In this document: positions 7,224 through 15,009 of the stretch, in pieces
How positions within the stretch are numbered: position 1 is the first letter of the stretch
Layout: every line of letters begins with the position of its first letter
From: a virus
Lineage: Duplodnaviria; Heunggongvirae; Uroviricota; Caudoviricetes
Length of the DNA: 21,501 nt
Direction: 5' to 3' (one strand)
Virus record (IMG/VR): IMGVR_UViG_3300021388_000002
The notes under the pieces: generated by a model
Seen by the model: only the letters and a program-made list of their open reading frames with translations
Database searches by the model: none
Told to the model about the DNA's origin: nothing
Position numbers and translations under genes: made by a program

Positions 7224-8234
7224 ATGGCCGATATGAGCAGCGCGGCGATCAATGATCTCCCGGATTCTGCTTTTGCTTTCATCGAGCCCGGAGGCGCGAA
7301 AGACGCCAGTGGCAAGACAACGCCACGGAGCAAGCGTCACTTTCCTGTGCATGATGAGGCTCACACCCGGAATGCCCTGAGCCGGGCGCCGCAGAGCCCG
7401 TTCGGCAAGCAGGCCATGCCGAAGATCATGAGCGCTGCGAAGAAGTTCGGCATCAACGTCTCCGGTGACCAGCGCGCCGCGTTCGGCATCGTGGAGATGG
7501 ACGGCTGGCCCGAGCGCCGGTTCACCCGGTTCCCGCCGGAGATCCGCCAGCAGCGCGACGGCGGCCCGACCACCATCTACGGCTACGCCGCCGCGTTCGG
7601 CAAGCTGAGCCGCAAGCTCGGCGGGTTCGTGGAGCAGGTGGACCCGCGCGCGTTCAACGAGTCCAAGACCGAGGGCTGGCCGGACGTGGTGTGCCGGTAC
7701 AACCACAAGGACGACATGCTGCTCGGCACCACCTACGCCCGGACACTCCGGCTGGCGCTGGATGACACCGGCCTGGCGTATGAGGTCCAGCCGCCGCAGG
7801 CCCGCTCGGACGTGCTGGAGTACGTGGCCCGCGGCGACGTGCGGCACAGCTCGTTCGCCTTCCGGGTGTTCCCCGGCGGGGACGAGTGGGGTGTCTCGGA
7901 GTTCAACTACCCGATGCGGACGCTCCTGTCGGTGCAGCTGGTCGATGTCGCGCCCGTGCTCGACCCGGCCTACCCGGATGCCACCAGCGGCGCACGGGCC
8001 ATGAACGGCGCGATCGAGTCCCTGGCGGGCTGGGTCCAGGGTGATGTGGAGGAGGTCCGCGCCCGGGTCAATGAGGGCCGGGCCATGGAGTTCTTCAAGC
8101 GCACGGACAACGCCGGCCCCGCGAAGAAGGACAGTACCCGCCAGCGGCAGGCGCCGAAGCCTGCCATGACGGGCGCGCAGGCCCTGCTCGCTCTGCAGGG
8201 CAACATGGAAGACCCCTGGGCGGACGAGGATTAG
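7224..8234 (+). CDS. HK97-family prohead maturation protease with extra N-terminal domain
   Basis: GYAAAFG, FVEQVDPRAF, YNH, GLAYEV, RGDVRHSSFAF, LVDVAPVLDPAYPDA; N-terminal ~80 aa LPDSAFA..RHFPVHD..HTRNAL resembles DUF6582 (from recall). Confidence 0.92.
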   Translation: MADMSSAAINDLPDSAFAFIEPGGAKDASGKTTPRSKRHFPVHDEAHTRNALSRAPQSPFGKQAMPKIMSAAKKFGINVSGDQRAAFGIVEMDGWPERRFTRFPPEIRQQRDGGPTTIYGYAAAFGKLSRKLGGFVEQVDPRAFNESKTEGWPDVVCRYNHKDDMLLGTTYARTLRLALDDTGLAYEVQPPQARSDVLEYVARGDVRHSSFAFRVFPGGDEWGVSEFNYPMRTLLSVQLVDVAPVLDPAYPDATSGARAMNGAIESLAGWVQGDVEEVRARVNEGRAMEFFKRTDNAGPAKKDSTRQRQAPKPAMTGAQALLALQGNMEDPWADED

Positions 8235-8274
8235 CCAGCTCAGGGCGTAAAACCGTACACAAGTAAAGAGATCT

Positions 8275-8358
8275 GCTGAGGCCGTAGCTGCCGCCGGTAT
8301 GGACGGAGCCAGTGCAGATGCCATCACGAGAGGAGAACATCGTGGCATCTGAAGTGGC
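8275..8358 (+). promoter_or_regulatory. Leader RNA motif copy 3 with start-codon-sequestering hairpin
   Basis: GCUG-AGG-CCGU...ACGG-AGC-CAGU 8275-8313; CAGAUGCCA 8315-8323 pairs UGGCAUCUG 8343-8351, extended by GCCA 8308-8311/UGGC 8355-8358. Confidence 0.65.
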
Positions 8359-9601
8359 CAAGCGCCTCCGCGACAGGCGGCAGAACGTCTGGAACGACGC
8401 CAAGGGGATCGCCGAGCAGGCGGCCCAGGAGAACCGTGCCCTGACCGATGAGGAGCAGGGCCGGTGGGACGCGATGCAGGAGGAGATGTCCAAGCTGGAC
8501 ACCCGCATCCGCGCCGTCCTGGACACCGAGAAGCGGGCCAAGGAGGCCGACGACGCGTTCGACGCGCTGTCCGGCCGCAAGCCCGACCAGGGCCAGGCCC
8601 AGCGCACCGCCGGGGGCTCCCGGATGCTGGAGGAGGTCCGCAAGTGGGCCCGCGGCGAGGAGGGTGCGTCCCGGCACCTGGAGATCCGCCGTGACCCGGC
8701 CCTCGGCCCAGTCAACTACCGTGTCCTGACCACGGGGTCACAGGGCACAAACGCCAGCAGTATCGTGCCGACTGACTTCTACGACATGCTGATCGCACAC
8801 CTGATCGAAGTGTCCGGGGTCATGCAGTGCGGGCCTACCGTGATCAACACGGGCGGCGGCGAGACGCTGCAGGTGCCCAAGACCACGGCGCACTCCACCG
8901 CGGCCTCGGCGGCCCAGGCGGGCACGATCCCGACCTCGGACCCGGCGTTCAGCATGCAGCCCCTGTCGGCCTGGAAGTACGGCATCATGCTGCAGGTCGC
9001 GCGGGAGCTGATCGATGACACCGCCGTGGACCTGCTTGGCTACCTGGCCATGCAGGCAGGCCGGGCGCTCGGCAACGCGTTCGGCAACGACCTGGTCAAC
9101 GGCTCCGGCAACAGCCAGCCGGCCGGCATCGTGACCACCGCCACGACCGGCGTGACCGGCTCGGTGACCGGCGTGTCCGGCAGCCCCAGCTACGCCAACC
9201 TGGTGGACCTGGAGTACTCGGTCATCGCTCCCTACCGCCAGTCGCGCAGCTGCTACTGGCTGGCGGCGGATAAGACGATCGGTTCCTTCAGGAAGATCAC
9301 CGACACGGTCGGCCGCCCGATCTGGGAGCCGTCCGCGGTGCTCGGCAGCCCCGACCTGCTGCTCGGCAAGCCCCTGGTGGCCGATCCGTTCATGCCGGCC
9401 CTGGCCACCAGCGCCAAGTCCATCGCGTTCGGTGACTTCAGCCAGTACTTCGTCCGCCTGGTCGGCGGGGTCCGGTTCGAGCGCAGCGATGACTTCGCGT
9501 TCGGCTCTGACCTGGTGACCTTCCGCGCGATCCTGCGCGGCGACGGCACCCTGGTTGACCGCACAGGCGCGATCAAGGTGTTCCAGGGCGCGTCCAGCTA
9601 A
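8342..9601 (+). CDS. Major capsid protein, HK97 fold, with N-terminal coiled-coil delta/scaffold domain (419 aa)
   Basis: AGGAG RBS before GTG 8342; ENRALTDEE, IVPTDF, VARELIDD, NGSGNSQPAGI, GRPIW, LLGKPLV, IAFGDFS, FRAILRGDG. Confidence 0.95.
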   Translation: MASEVAKRLRDRRQNVWNDAKGIAEQAAQENRALTDEEQGRWDAMQEEMSKLDTRIRAVLDTEKRAKEADDAFDALSGRKPDQGQAQRTAGGSRMLEEVRKWARGEEGASRHLEIRRDPALGPVNYRVLTTGSQGTNASSIVPTDFYDMLIAHLIEVSGVMQCGPTVINTGGGETLQVPKTTAHSTAASAAQAGTIPTSDPAFSMQPLSAWKYGIMLQVARELIDDTAVDLLGYLAMQAGRALGNAFGNDLVNGSGNSQPAGIVTTATTGVTGSVTGVSGSPSYANLVDLEYSVIAPYRQSRSCYWLAADKTIGSFRKITDTVGRPIWEPSAVLGSPDLLLGKPLVADPFMPALATSAKSIAFGDFSQYFVRLVGGVRFERSDDFAFGSDLVTFRAILRGDGTLVDRTGAIKVFQGASS

Positions 9602-9608
9602 CCAGGCC

Positions 9609-9657
9609 CGTCCCCCGGCCGTGTCACGAACGTCGGCGATGGCGCGGCCGGGGGGCG
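9609..9657 (+). terminator. Strong hairpin after capsid gene (terminator or mRNA stabiliser)
   Basis: 18-bp stem 9609-9626/9640-9657 with three G-U pairs; no U-tract. Confidence 0.6.
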
Positions 9658-9673
9658 CTCCACGAGAGGAGCC

Positions 9674-10741
9674 ATGATCATGGCAGACATCCGGCCCGAG
9701 GAACGGGCTGACACTGACGAACCGCGGGCTCGCCGTTCCCGGACCGGGAGCCGGACTGTCCGCATGATCGAGGGCATCTCCGGTTCGCGGCACGACGGCC
9801 AGCCCTGGCCTGCTGCGGGCGGGACGATCGAGGTGCCCGACTGGGAAGCAGACGACCTGGTCGGCTCCCGGGTTGCCGTGGAGCACGGCGAGGAGCTGGA
9901 GGTGCCGTGGGGCGAGACCGTGCCCGCGACGCCCCCGCCCGGCTACAAGGCCACCGGCCGCGCGGCCAGCGGGGAGGCCAGCGACTGGGAGGTGGCCACC
10001 GGCCACCCGGAGGACCCCGGGGCCGAGGAGCGGGCCGCCCGCGAGCAGCACGGCGGCCGGTACGACGAGGAGACCGGCCTGCTCCGGCACGGCCACCCGG
10101 ACCCGCGCCCGGACAGCCAGATCCTCGCGGAGGACTACACCGACGAGGAGCGGCAGGCGATCGAGCTGGGTGAGCGGGCCGCGCACAAGGCCAAGGCCGC
10201 GCCGCGCGAGGAACGCCGCAAGGACCGGCAGGAGGGCCGCGTGGCCGCGGGACGCCGCCGGGCAGCCGAGCAGAAGTCCGCCGAGCGGTACGGCGCCGAG
10301 GGGGTCGCGGGCGCGCCCGGGGCCGAGGTGCCGCGGCTGGGTGACGGCGATGGCGAGCCCGCGCCGTGGCCCGAGGGCGTGCGGCCGGACAGCCAGGTGG
10401 AAGCGGAGGCTCCCGTGTACGAAGGCGAAGACCTGTCCGAGGAGGAGAAGGCCGAGCGGGCCACCCGGGTGCCCGGGTACACCCGTGAGGACGACGGCAC
10501 CGCGCACGGCATCGGCGCCGGGCGGTCTCCCTCGATGCCCGCCGAGGCGGACGTCACCTTGTCTCCCGGCCAGGACGTGAAGGTCAGTGCCGAGGAGAGC
10601 GGCGATGGGTCTGATGTCCCGTCGCCGGGCGCCTCCAAGCAGGCCTGGGTGGACCACGCCGTCGCCCGGGGGGCCAGCCCGGACGAGGCGAACGCTATGA
10701 CCAAGGCCGACCTGATGAGCCGCTTCGGCGGCCGGCTGTAG
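9674..10741 (+). CDS. Acidic capsid-adjacent protein with C-terminal helix-extension-helix-like domain
   Basis: GAGGAG RBS; Glu/Asp/Ala/Gly-rich; C-terminal ASKQAWVDHAVARGASPDEANAMTKADLM. Confidence 0.7.
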   Translation: MIMADIRPEERADTDEPRARRSRTGSRTVRMIEGISGSRHDGQPWPAAGGTIEVPDWEADDLVGSRVAVEHGEELEVPWGETVPATPPPGYKATGRAASGEASDWEVATGHPEDPGAEERAAREQHGGRYDEETGLLRHGHPDPRPDSQILAEDYTDEERQAIELGERAAHKAKAAPREERRKDRQEGRVAAGRRRAAEQKSAERYGAEGVAGAPGAEVPRLGDGDGEPAPWPEGVRPDSQVEAEAPVYEGEDLSEEEKAERATRVPGYTREDDGTAHGIGAGRSPSMPAEADVTLSPGQDVKVSAEESGDGSDVPSPGASKQAWVDHAVARGASPDEANAMTKADLMSRFGGRL

Positions 10742-10756
10742 ATCAGACCCCGGCGT

Positions 10757-10824
10757 TATGCTGGGTAGCAGGAAGAACCGCCCGCGGCCTACTGGGAGCC
10801 GGGCTCCAGATGACAGGAGCCCAG
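10757..10824 (+). promoter_or_regulatory. Putative -10 (TATGCT) and leader RNA motif copy 4
   Basis: GCCCG-CGG-CCU-ACU-GGG-AGC-CGGGC 10780-10804; competing GGGCUCC 10801-10807/GGAGCCC 10816-10822 covers the RBS. Confidence 0.7.
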
Positions 10825-11388
10825 ATGGCTAACAGCAGCCAGGTCCCCGGCTACGACGGCACCCGCCGCACGACAGGCGGGAACCCGCCGTACTCGGGTG
10901 TTCAGCAGGGCGGGGACCCCACCACCGAGCCCGGCCAGTACCCGCCGCCGGACCAGAACGCCTTTTTCGGCGGCCCGCTGCCCACCAGTACCGGAGCCCC
11001 CGGCACCCAGGGCGCGCGCGGCACCGGCAGCGTGGACCCGACCAACGAGCCGGGCCAGACCACCGACAGCCTGACCGGGCTGCCCGCCTCCGACGTCGCC
11101 AGCACGGGCGCGCCCGGCTCGCCCGGCGCCGACCCCAGCCTGGGGTCCGGGCCGGACTCGGTCACCATCACCCGGCCGGGCAGCTACCTGTCCGGCAGCA
11201 ACGCGCAGGACACCGTGCGCGCGGCGGTGTCCGGGCCGGGCGACTGGACCCAGGCCAACAACGAGGGCTACGGCAGCGACGCGAACCAGCTGCCCGGCCT
11301 GAAGGGCAACCAGCCGGCGCCTGGCGGCCGGTTCCAGCCCGGCGGCGGCGGCCAGGTGCTGCGCGGCGGCCGGGCCGTCCGGGGCTGA
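10825..11388 (+). CDS. Gly/Pro/Ser/Thr-rich protein with internal repeat (187 aa)
   Basis: AGGAG RBS; DPT(T/N)EPGQ x2 and STGAPG(T/S)xGA x2. Confidence 0.75.
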   Translation: MANSSQVPGYDGTRRTTGGNPPYSGVQQGGDPTTEPGQYPPPDQNAFFGGPLPTSTGAPGTQGARGTGSVDPTNEPGQTTDSLTGLPASDVASTGAPGSPGADPSLGSGPDSVTITRPGSYLSGSNAQDTVRAAVSGPGDWTQANNEGYGSDANQLPGLKGNQPAPGGRFQPGGGGQVLRGGRAVRG

Positions 11389-11390
11389 CC

Positions 11391-11699
11391 GTGGTGTTCA
11401 CGTCCGGTACCCGCGAGGTCGGTGCGGAGGCGGCGGTGCGGCTGTGCGCCGTGCCGCCCGAGGGCGCCCTGGTCAAGAACCTGGGTGGCTCCCGCATCTA
11501 CCTCGGCGGGCCGGATGTGGGCACCGAAGGCGACGCGGCCGGGTTCCCGCTGGACGCGAGCGAGGCCCAGGTCATCACCGCGCCGCAGCCGCTGATGAGT
11601 TTCCGGACCCCGGCCCCGCCCGGTGATGGCGCTCCCGCGGTGCTGTACGCCCGGTCGGCGCAGGGGATCAGCAAGGTCGCGTTTCTCGTGGCCAGCTAG
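11391..11699 (+). CDS. Hypothetical small beta-rich protein, possibly virion-associated
   Basis: LVKNLGGSRIYLGGPDV...GFPL...LYAR; GC3 bias. Confidence 0.65.
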   Translation: MVFTSGTREVGAEAAVRLCAVPPEGALVKNLGGSRIYLGGPDVGTEGDAAGFPLDASEAQVITAPQPLMSFRTPAPPGDGAPAVLYARSAQGISKVAFLVAS

Positions 11700-11708
11700 G
11701 AGGAGCCC

Positions 11709-12011
11709 ATGGAAGACCTGACCCACCTGATCCCCAGCGACCCGATCACCGCGCTGGCCCCGACCTCGATGGCCGGCGGCAACATGATGAGCGACAACCG
11801 GTTCGCCATGACCGCGCCCGGCTCGCCGCCGGTTGACCCGCTGCCGCCCGCCAAGCAGCAGTCGGACCCCGAGATCGCCGCCAGCAACCCCGTGCCCGTC
11901 CGGACGGGCGACTCTGGCAAGCCGCGGGCCAGCGCAGCCCGGGGCGGCTGGCAGCCCGGTACCCCGTCCTGGGGCAAGACCACCACTCCCGGCGTCGTCC
12001 GGGAAAGCTAG
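11709..12011 (+). CDS. Hypothetical Pro-rich protein (100 aa)
   Basis: AGGAGGAG RBS. Confidence 0.7.
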   Translation: MEDLTHLIPSDPITALAPTSMAGGNMMSDNRFAMTAPGSPPVDPLPPAKQQSDPEIAASNPVPVRTGDSGKPRASAARGGWQPGTPSWGKTTTPGVVRES

Positions 12012-12020
12012 GAGGCAGTT

Positions 12021-12206
12021 ATGCCACGCGTTTCCGCCGACATCACGTCCACCCCGGAAGTCCCGGGCCAGCCGTACGACGCTACTACCGATGGCACCCT
12101 CGGCAAGTGGGCCTCGGTCAATGCCAACTCCGGCCCGGCTGACACCCGGACCGGCAATGCCACCGGCTCGTTCGAGGACGGCCCCGGTCCCTGGAAGCAG
12201 ACTTAG
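12021..12206 (+). CDS. Hypothetical protein (61 aa)
   Basis: AGGAGG RBS; ends WKQT-TAG at the HNH insertion junction. Confidence 0.7.
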   Translation: MPRVSADITSTPEVPGQPYDATTDGTLGKWASVNANSGPADTRTGNATGSFEDGPGPWKQT

Positions 12207-12774
12207 GCCGCGTGGCTGAGGCGGCAGTGCAGGTGCTTGCCCTTGCTGCTGTTACACGGCATGCAAAGAACCTGATAGCCAGGCGGAAACCCTGCTTTAA
12301 CCAGCCAGCGGTAGAAATGATGGCCGCCAATATCAGGCTGGCCGAGTACCGCTTGGCGGTGCTGTGCACCACCACCGTTGACGTGATCGATCGTAAGCCG
12401 GTGAGTAGCCCCACAGCAGGCACAAGATGGCGGCATCGTAGAGCTGTAGTGCGAGAGGACAGCCGCACGGGCAGCGTCGCGCCGATGTCGTTGCTGTTCG
12501 CGCTTGGCTCTCTGGCTGCTTTCCAGTACACGATAAGCCTTGGCCAGTTTGTGCACGGCGTCAGGGTTTTTCTCCCGGTAGCTGCGCGAGCTTTTATTGG
12601 CGCAATCTTTGCACCAGGCCGCGTGACCGTCAGGCCTGCCTGCGTGTTTGCCGAAGCCGGCGAGTACTTTAACGTCGCCGCATTTAGAACAGCGTTTGCG
12701 GGCAGGTTCGTTCACACTGCTAACTATATGACATGGAAGGAAGCAGATATGACAAGCTCAGATAGGAAGCAGAC
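12193..12774. mobile_element. Lower-GC HNH cassette flanked by 10-bp direct repeats GGAAGCAGAC
   Basis: Repeats at 12193-12202 and 12765-12774; removing the cassette restores TGG AAG CAG ACG TGA with a GTGA overlap to the next gene. Confidence 0.7.
12203..12715 (-). CDS. HNH homing endonuclease with N-terminal Zn ribbon
   Basis: KRCSKCG..WCKDC; CACCG..LTIDHVNGGG..YQVLCMPCNSSKG; minus-strand TATAGT (12723-12728) 7 nt before GTG suggests a leaderless mRNA. Confidence 0.88.
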   Translation of the reverse strand: MNEPARKRCSKCGDVKVLAGFGKHAGRPDGHAAWCKDCANKSSRSYREKNPDAVHKLAKAYRVLESSQRAKREQQRHRRDAARAAVLSHYSSTMPPSCACCGATHRLTIDHVNGGGAQHRQAVLGQPDIGGHHFYRWLVKAGFPPGYQVLCMPCNSSKGKHLHCRLSHAA

Positions 12775-12939
12775 GTGAGCGACCTCGCCCGCGTCTACGC
12801 GCCTGGCAAGGAGCTGGGCCTGGTCTCCGGCTCAGCCGCCGCCAACGCGGCCGGGTCCGGGGTGCCGCAGCCCGCCGGGAAAGAGCTGGCGCACGCTGGC
12901 AACGCCGGGCTGGCCCGGGCCACGGACGCCGACCGGTGA
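12775..12939 (+). CDS. Hypothetical protein (54 aa; not in ORF track)
   Basis: MSDLARVYAPGKELGLVSG...GKELAHAG...DADR; GTGA overlaps at both ends. Confidence 0.65.
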   Translation: MSDLARVYAPGKELGLVSGSAAANAAGSGVPQPAGKELAHAGNAGLARATDADR

Positions 12940-13136
12940 GCCTGGCCCAGGCCACTGGCGTCTTCATCTCGGCCGCCGGGGGTGCCAATGGCATCCTGGT
13001 GCTGGTCGCGCTGATCCTGTTCGCGGTCGCCGCGTTCCTGGCGGGCACCCTCACCTCCACCGCCCGGCCCTGGTGGGCCATCCTGGTGTCCGCCGGGCTG
13101 GCGGTGGCTATGCTCGCGCTGCTCGTGGGCAGCTGA
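12936..13136 (+). CDS. Small two-TM membrane protein
   Basis: GILVLVALILFAVAAFLAG and WWAILVSAGLAVAMLALLVG. Confidence 0.7.
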   Translation: MSLAQATGVFISAAGGANGILVLVALILFAVAAFLAGTLTSTARPWWAILVSAGLAVAMLALLVGS

Positions 13137-13137
13137 C

Positions 13138-13677
13138 GTGGCGCTGCCTGACCTGAGCGGCCTGGTGCAGTACAAGGCCCTGCCGTTCGCTCCCGGGTAC
13201 CCGCCGGAGGCGCTGACGTTCTACTCCCCGGTCGATGACGTGCCCGGGGTGCTGAAGGCGCTCATCGCCTCGGCCGCCAAGTCCCTGATAATCGCGATGT
13301 ACGGGTTTGACGACCCGGATCTGGCCGCCATCATCCACGGCAAGCTGGCTGACCCGGGATGCTTCGTGCAGCTGACCCTGGATTCCAGCCAGGCCGCCGG
13401 CGCGCACGAGAAGGAGCTGCTGGCTAAACAGGATTATCCGGCCAATTCAGTGGCGGTCGGCCGCTCTGAGAAGGGTGCGATCCTTCACCTGAAATTGGCT
13501 ATAATAGATGGTGTAGATACTGTTACCGGATCTACAAACTGGAGCGTAAGCGGGGAGACGCTGCAGGATAATCAGCTCACTGTTATCCGGTGTCCGTATG
13601 TTGCGGCTGAAGCGCGCGCCCGTGTTGACGTCATACACACCAGCTGCCTGCAGCAAATGGCAAGGGGTGCTAAGTGA
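13138..13677 (+). CDS. Phospholipase D superfamily (Nuc-like, single HKD) nuclease
   Basis: SLIIAMYGF; HLKLAIID (HxKxxxxD); GSTNWS; QDN. Confidence 0.9.
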   Translation: MALPDLSGLVQYKALPFAPGYPPEALTFYSPVDDVPGVLKALIASAAKSLIIAMYGFDDPDLAAIIHGKLADPGCFVQLTLDSSQAAGAHEKELLAKQDYPANSVAVGRSEKGAILHLKLAIIDGVDTVTGSTNWSVSGETLQDNQLTVIRCPYVAAEARARVDVIHTSCLQQMARGAK

Positions 13678-14207
13678 AACCGTGTTCTATGTGCGGCCTG
13701 CCAACGACATCACAATATGAAATGTGCCAGCGATCGGGTGCTTGCAGCCAGGCATATCGTGCAAAATGGGCTCGGGAACAGCCGAAGGAACGGCGCAATG
13801 AAGTAGTCCGTCGCTGGCGGCAAGGCCGGCAGAAGGGTGCGCCGCACGTTTACGGTATCTGGTTCCCCGCGCCACAGGTGCTGAAAGTAGGCTTCACGGC
13901 CAATACATCTGGTGCGATATATCTGGGTACAGCGCGCCAGGGTGCCAAACGCCGGGGCTGGAAGACTGAAGATAGTTCATGCATCTGGCGGCGCCAAGGC
14001 GATGTGCGTACAGAGGCGTGGTTGCAGGCGACGCTAGCCTTCAGATGGCCTGGCGCGGCAGAAAAGCGCCAGAACCGGATTTGTGAGTGGTTCGCTGTGC
14101 CTGGGCTTCTGGAGGAGGAGATCGCTGCGACTCTTGATGCTGTATACGGCCTGGTGCCTGCTGACCTGATTGCCGTCCAGATGGCCCGGGTGGCGAAGGC
14201 GCCGTGA
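13674..14207 (+). CDS. GIY-YIG-like (T5orf172/MUG113-type) putative homing endonuclease with N-terminal Cys cluster
   Basis: HVYGI..LKVGFT..EAWLQ..EWF; lower GC than flanks. Confidence 0.65.
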   Translation: MKPCSMCGLPTTSQYEMCQRSGACSQAYRAKWAREQPKERRNEVVRRWRQGRQKGAPHVYGIWFPAPQVLKVGFTANTSGAIYLGTARQGAKRRGWKTEDSSCIWRRQGDVRTEAWLQATLAFRWPGAAEKRQNRICEWFAVPGLLEEEIAATLDAVYGLVPADLIAVQMARVAKAP

Positions 14208-14665
14208 ATGAGCCCCGGCAGATGACCCAGACCGCGCCGTACCCGCAGATCCTGGCCGACCTGGTAAGCAAGCTCAGCTACCGTGAGCACCTGGGCTGGA
14301 AAGTCTGGCTGGATGACGACCTGCAGCGCGACAAGCCCGGCCGGCACGCCGGGGAGTCCCGCGGGCTGACCCTGGTGGTGCTGCGGGTGGGCCCGGACAC
14401 CTACAATCCGGGAACCGTCCTGCAGGTCGTGCACTACTTCCCGGTGCCGCCCGCCACCTATGATGAGCCGTCCTGGCTGCGGTGGCTGTTTGATCAGCTC
14501 GGCAAGGTCGATGATCACGAGCGGATGGAAGACTTCGTGATCGGCGGCCAGCGCCCGTTCGCGCCCATCCACAAGCCCGGCGCTGACCCGTACGCCCTGC
14601 GCCAGCTGTCCAGCTGGGATGAGGCAGACACTGATTTCCGCGGGGTCAGGAGCCACCCGCAATGA
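14204..14665 (+). CDS. Hypothetical phage protein (paralog A)
   Basis: VHYFPVPP..WLRWL..DHERMEDF..RPFAPIH. Confidence 0.75.
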   Translation: MNEPRQMTQTAPYPQILADLVSKLSYREHLGWKVWLDDDLQRDKPGRHAGESRGLTLVVLRVGPDTYNPGTVLQVVHYFPVPPATYDEPSWLRWLFDQLGKVDDHERMEDFVIGGQRPFAPIHKPGADPYALRQLSSWDEADTDFRGVRSHPQ

Positions 14666-14973
14666 TGGGCCTGGCCGAGCTGGAACGCGAGCTTGCCCAG
14701 TTCACTTACTGGCCGCGGTGGGGGTTCCGGCCGTACCTGGACACCCACCTCGGCCCGATGCTGTGGATTATCACCACCCAGCCGGACCGGGAGGACCCGG
14801 CTCGCACCATCGACCTGGGCATCAGGGTCCGCATCCCGCCACACGCCATGGAAACTCCTGACGCGCTCGGCCGCTGGCTGCTGTGGCGGATCGAGGAAGC
14901 GGCTATCCACGAAGTGCGGGAAGGCTTGCGGTACCGCGGCAAGCTGGTCGATGACCCGCACGCTGCCGGGTAA
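14662..14973 (+). CDS. Hypothetical phage protein (paralog B)
   Basis: VRIPP..LGRWL..IHEVREGL..LVDDPH; ATGA overlap. Confidence 0.75.
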   Translation: MMGLAELERELAQFTYWPRWGFRPYLDTHLGPMLWIITTQPDREDPARTIDLGIRVRIPPHAMETPDALGRWLLWRIEEAAIHEVREGLRYRGKLVDDPHAAG

Positions 14974-15009
14974 CCGCCGGAACGCGCGACACCGCCCGCT
15001 GCCGCTCGG

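Noticed and set aside
9640-9676. Possible sixth copy of the leader motif (CGG-CC...GG-AGC)
   Set aside because: Outer stem does not pair, and the 5' half is better explained by the 18-bp hairpin 9609-9657.
3338-9853. Extra GGAAGCAGAC copies at 3339-3348 and 9844-9853
   Set aside because: Both encode E-A-D in coding-like frames with no associated insertion; probably coincidental.
1058-10746. AGATC(T/A)G near several putative promoters (1058, 5107, 8268, 10740)
   Set aside because: Short, with inconsistent spacing to the -10 hexamers; not supportable as an operator.
12212-12778. 188-aa + strand ORF across the HNH cassette
   Set aside because: Antisense shadow of the HNH gene; only its last codons (the mini-ORF) have an RBS.
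12936-13136. Holin call for the two-TM protein
   Set aside because: No endolysin nearby and no charged C-terminal tail; left as a membrane protein.
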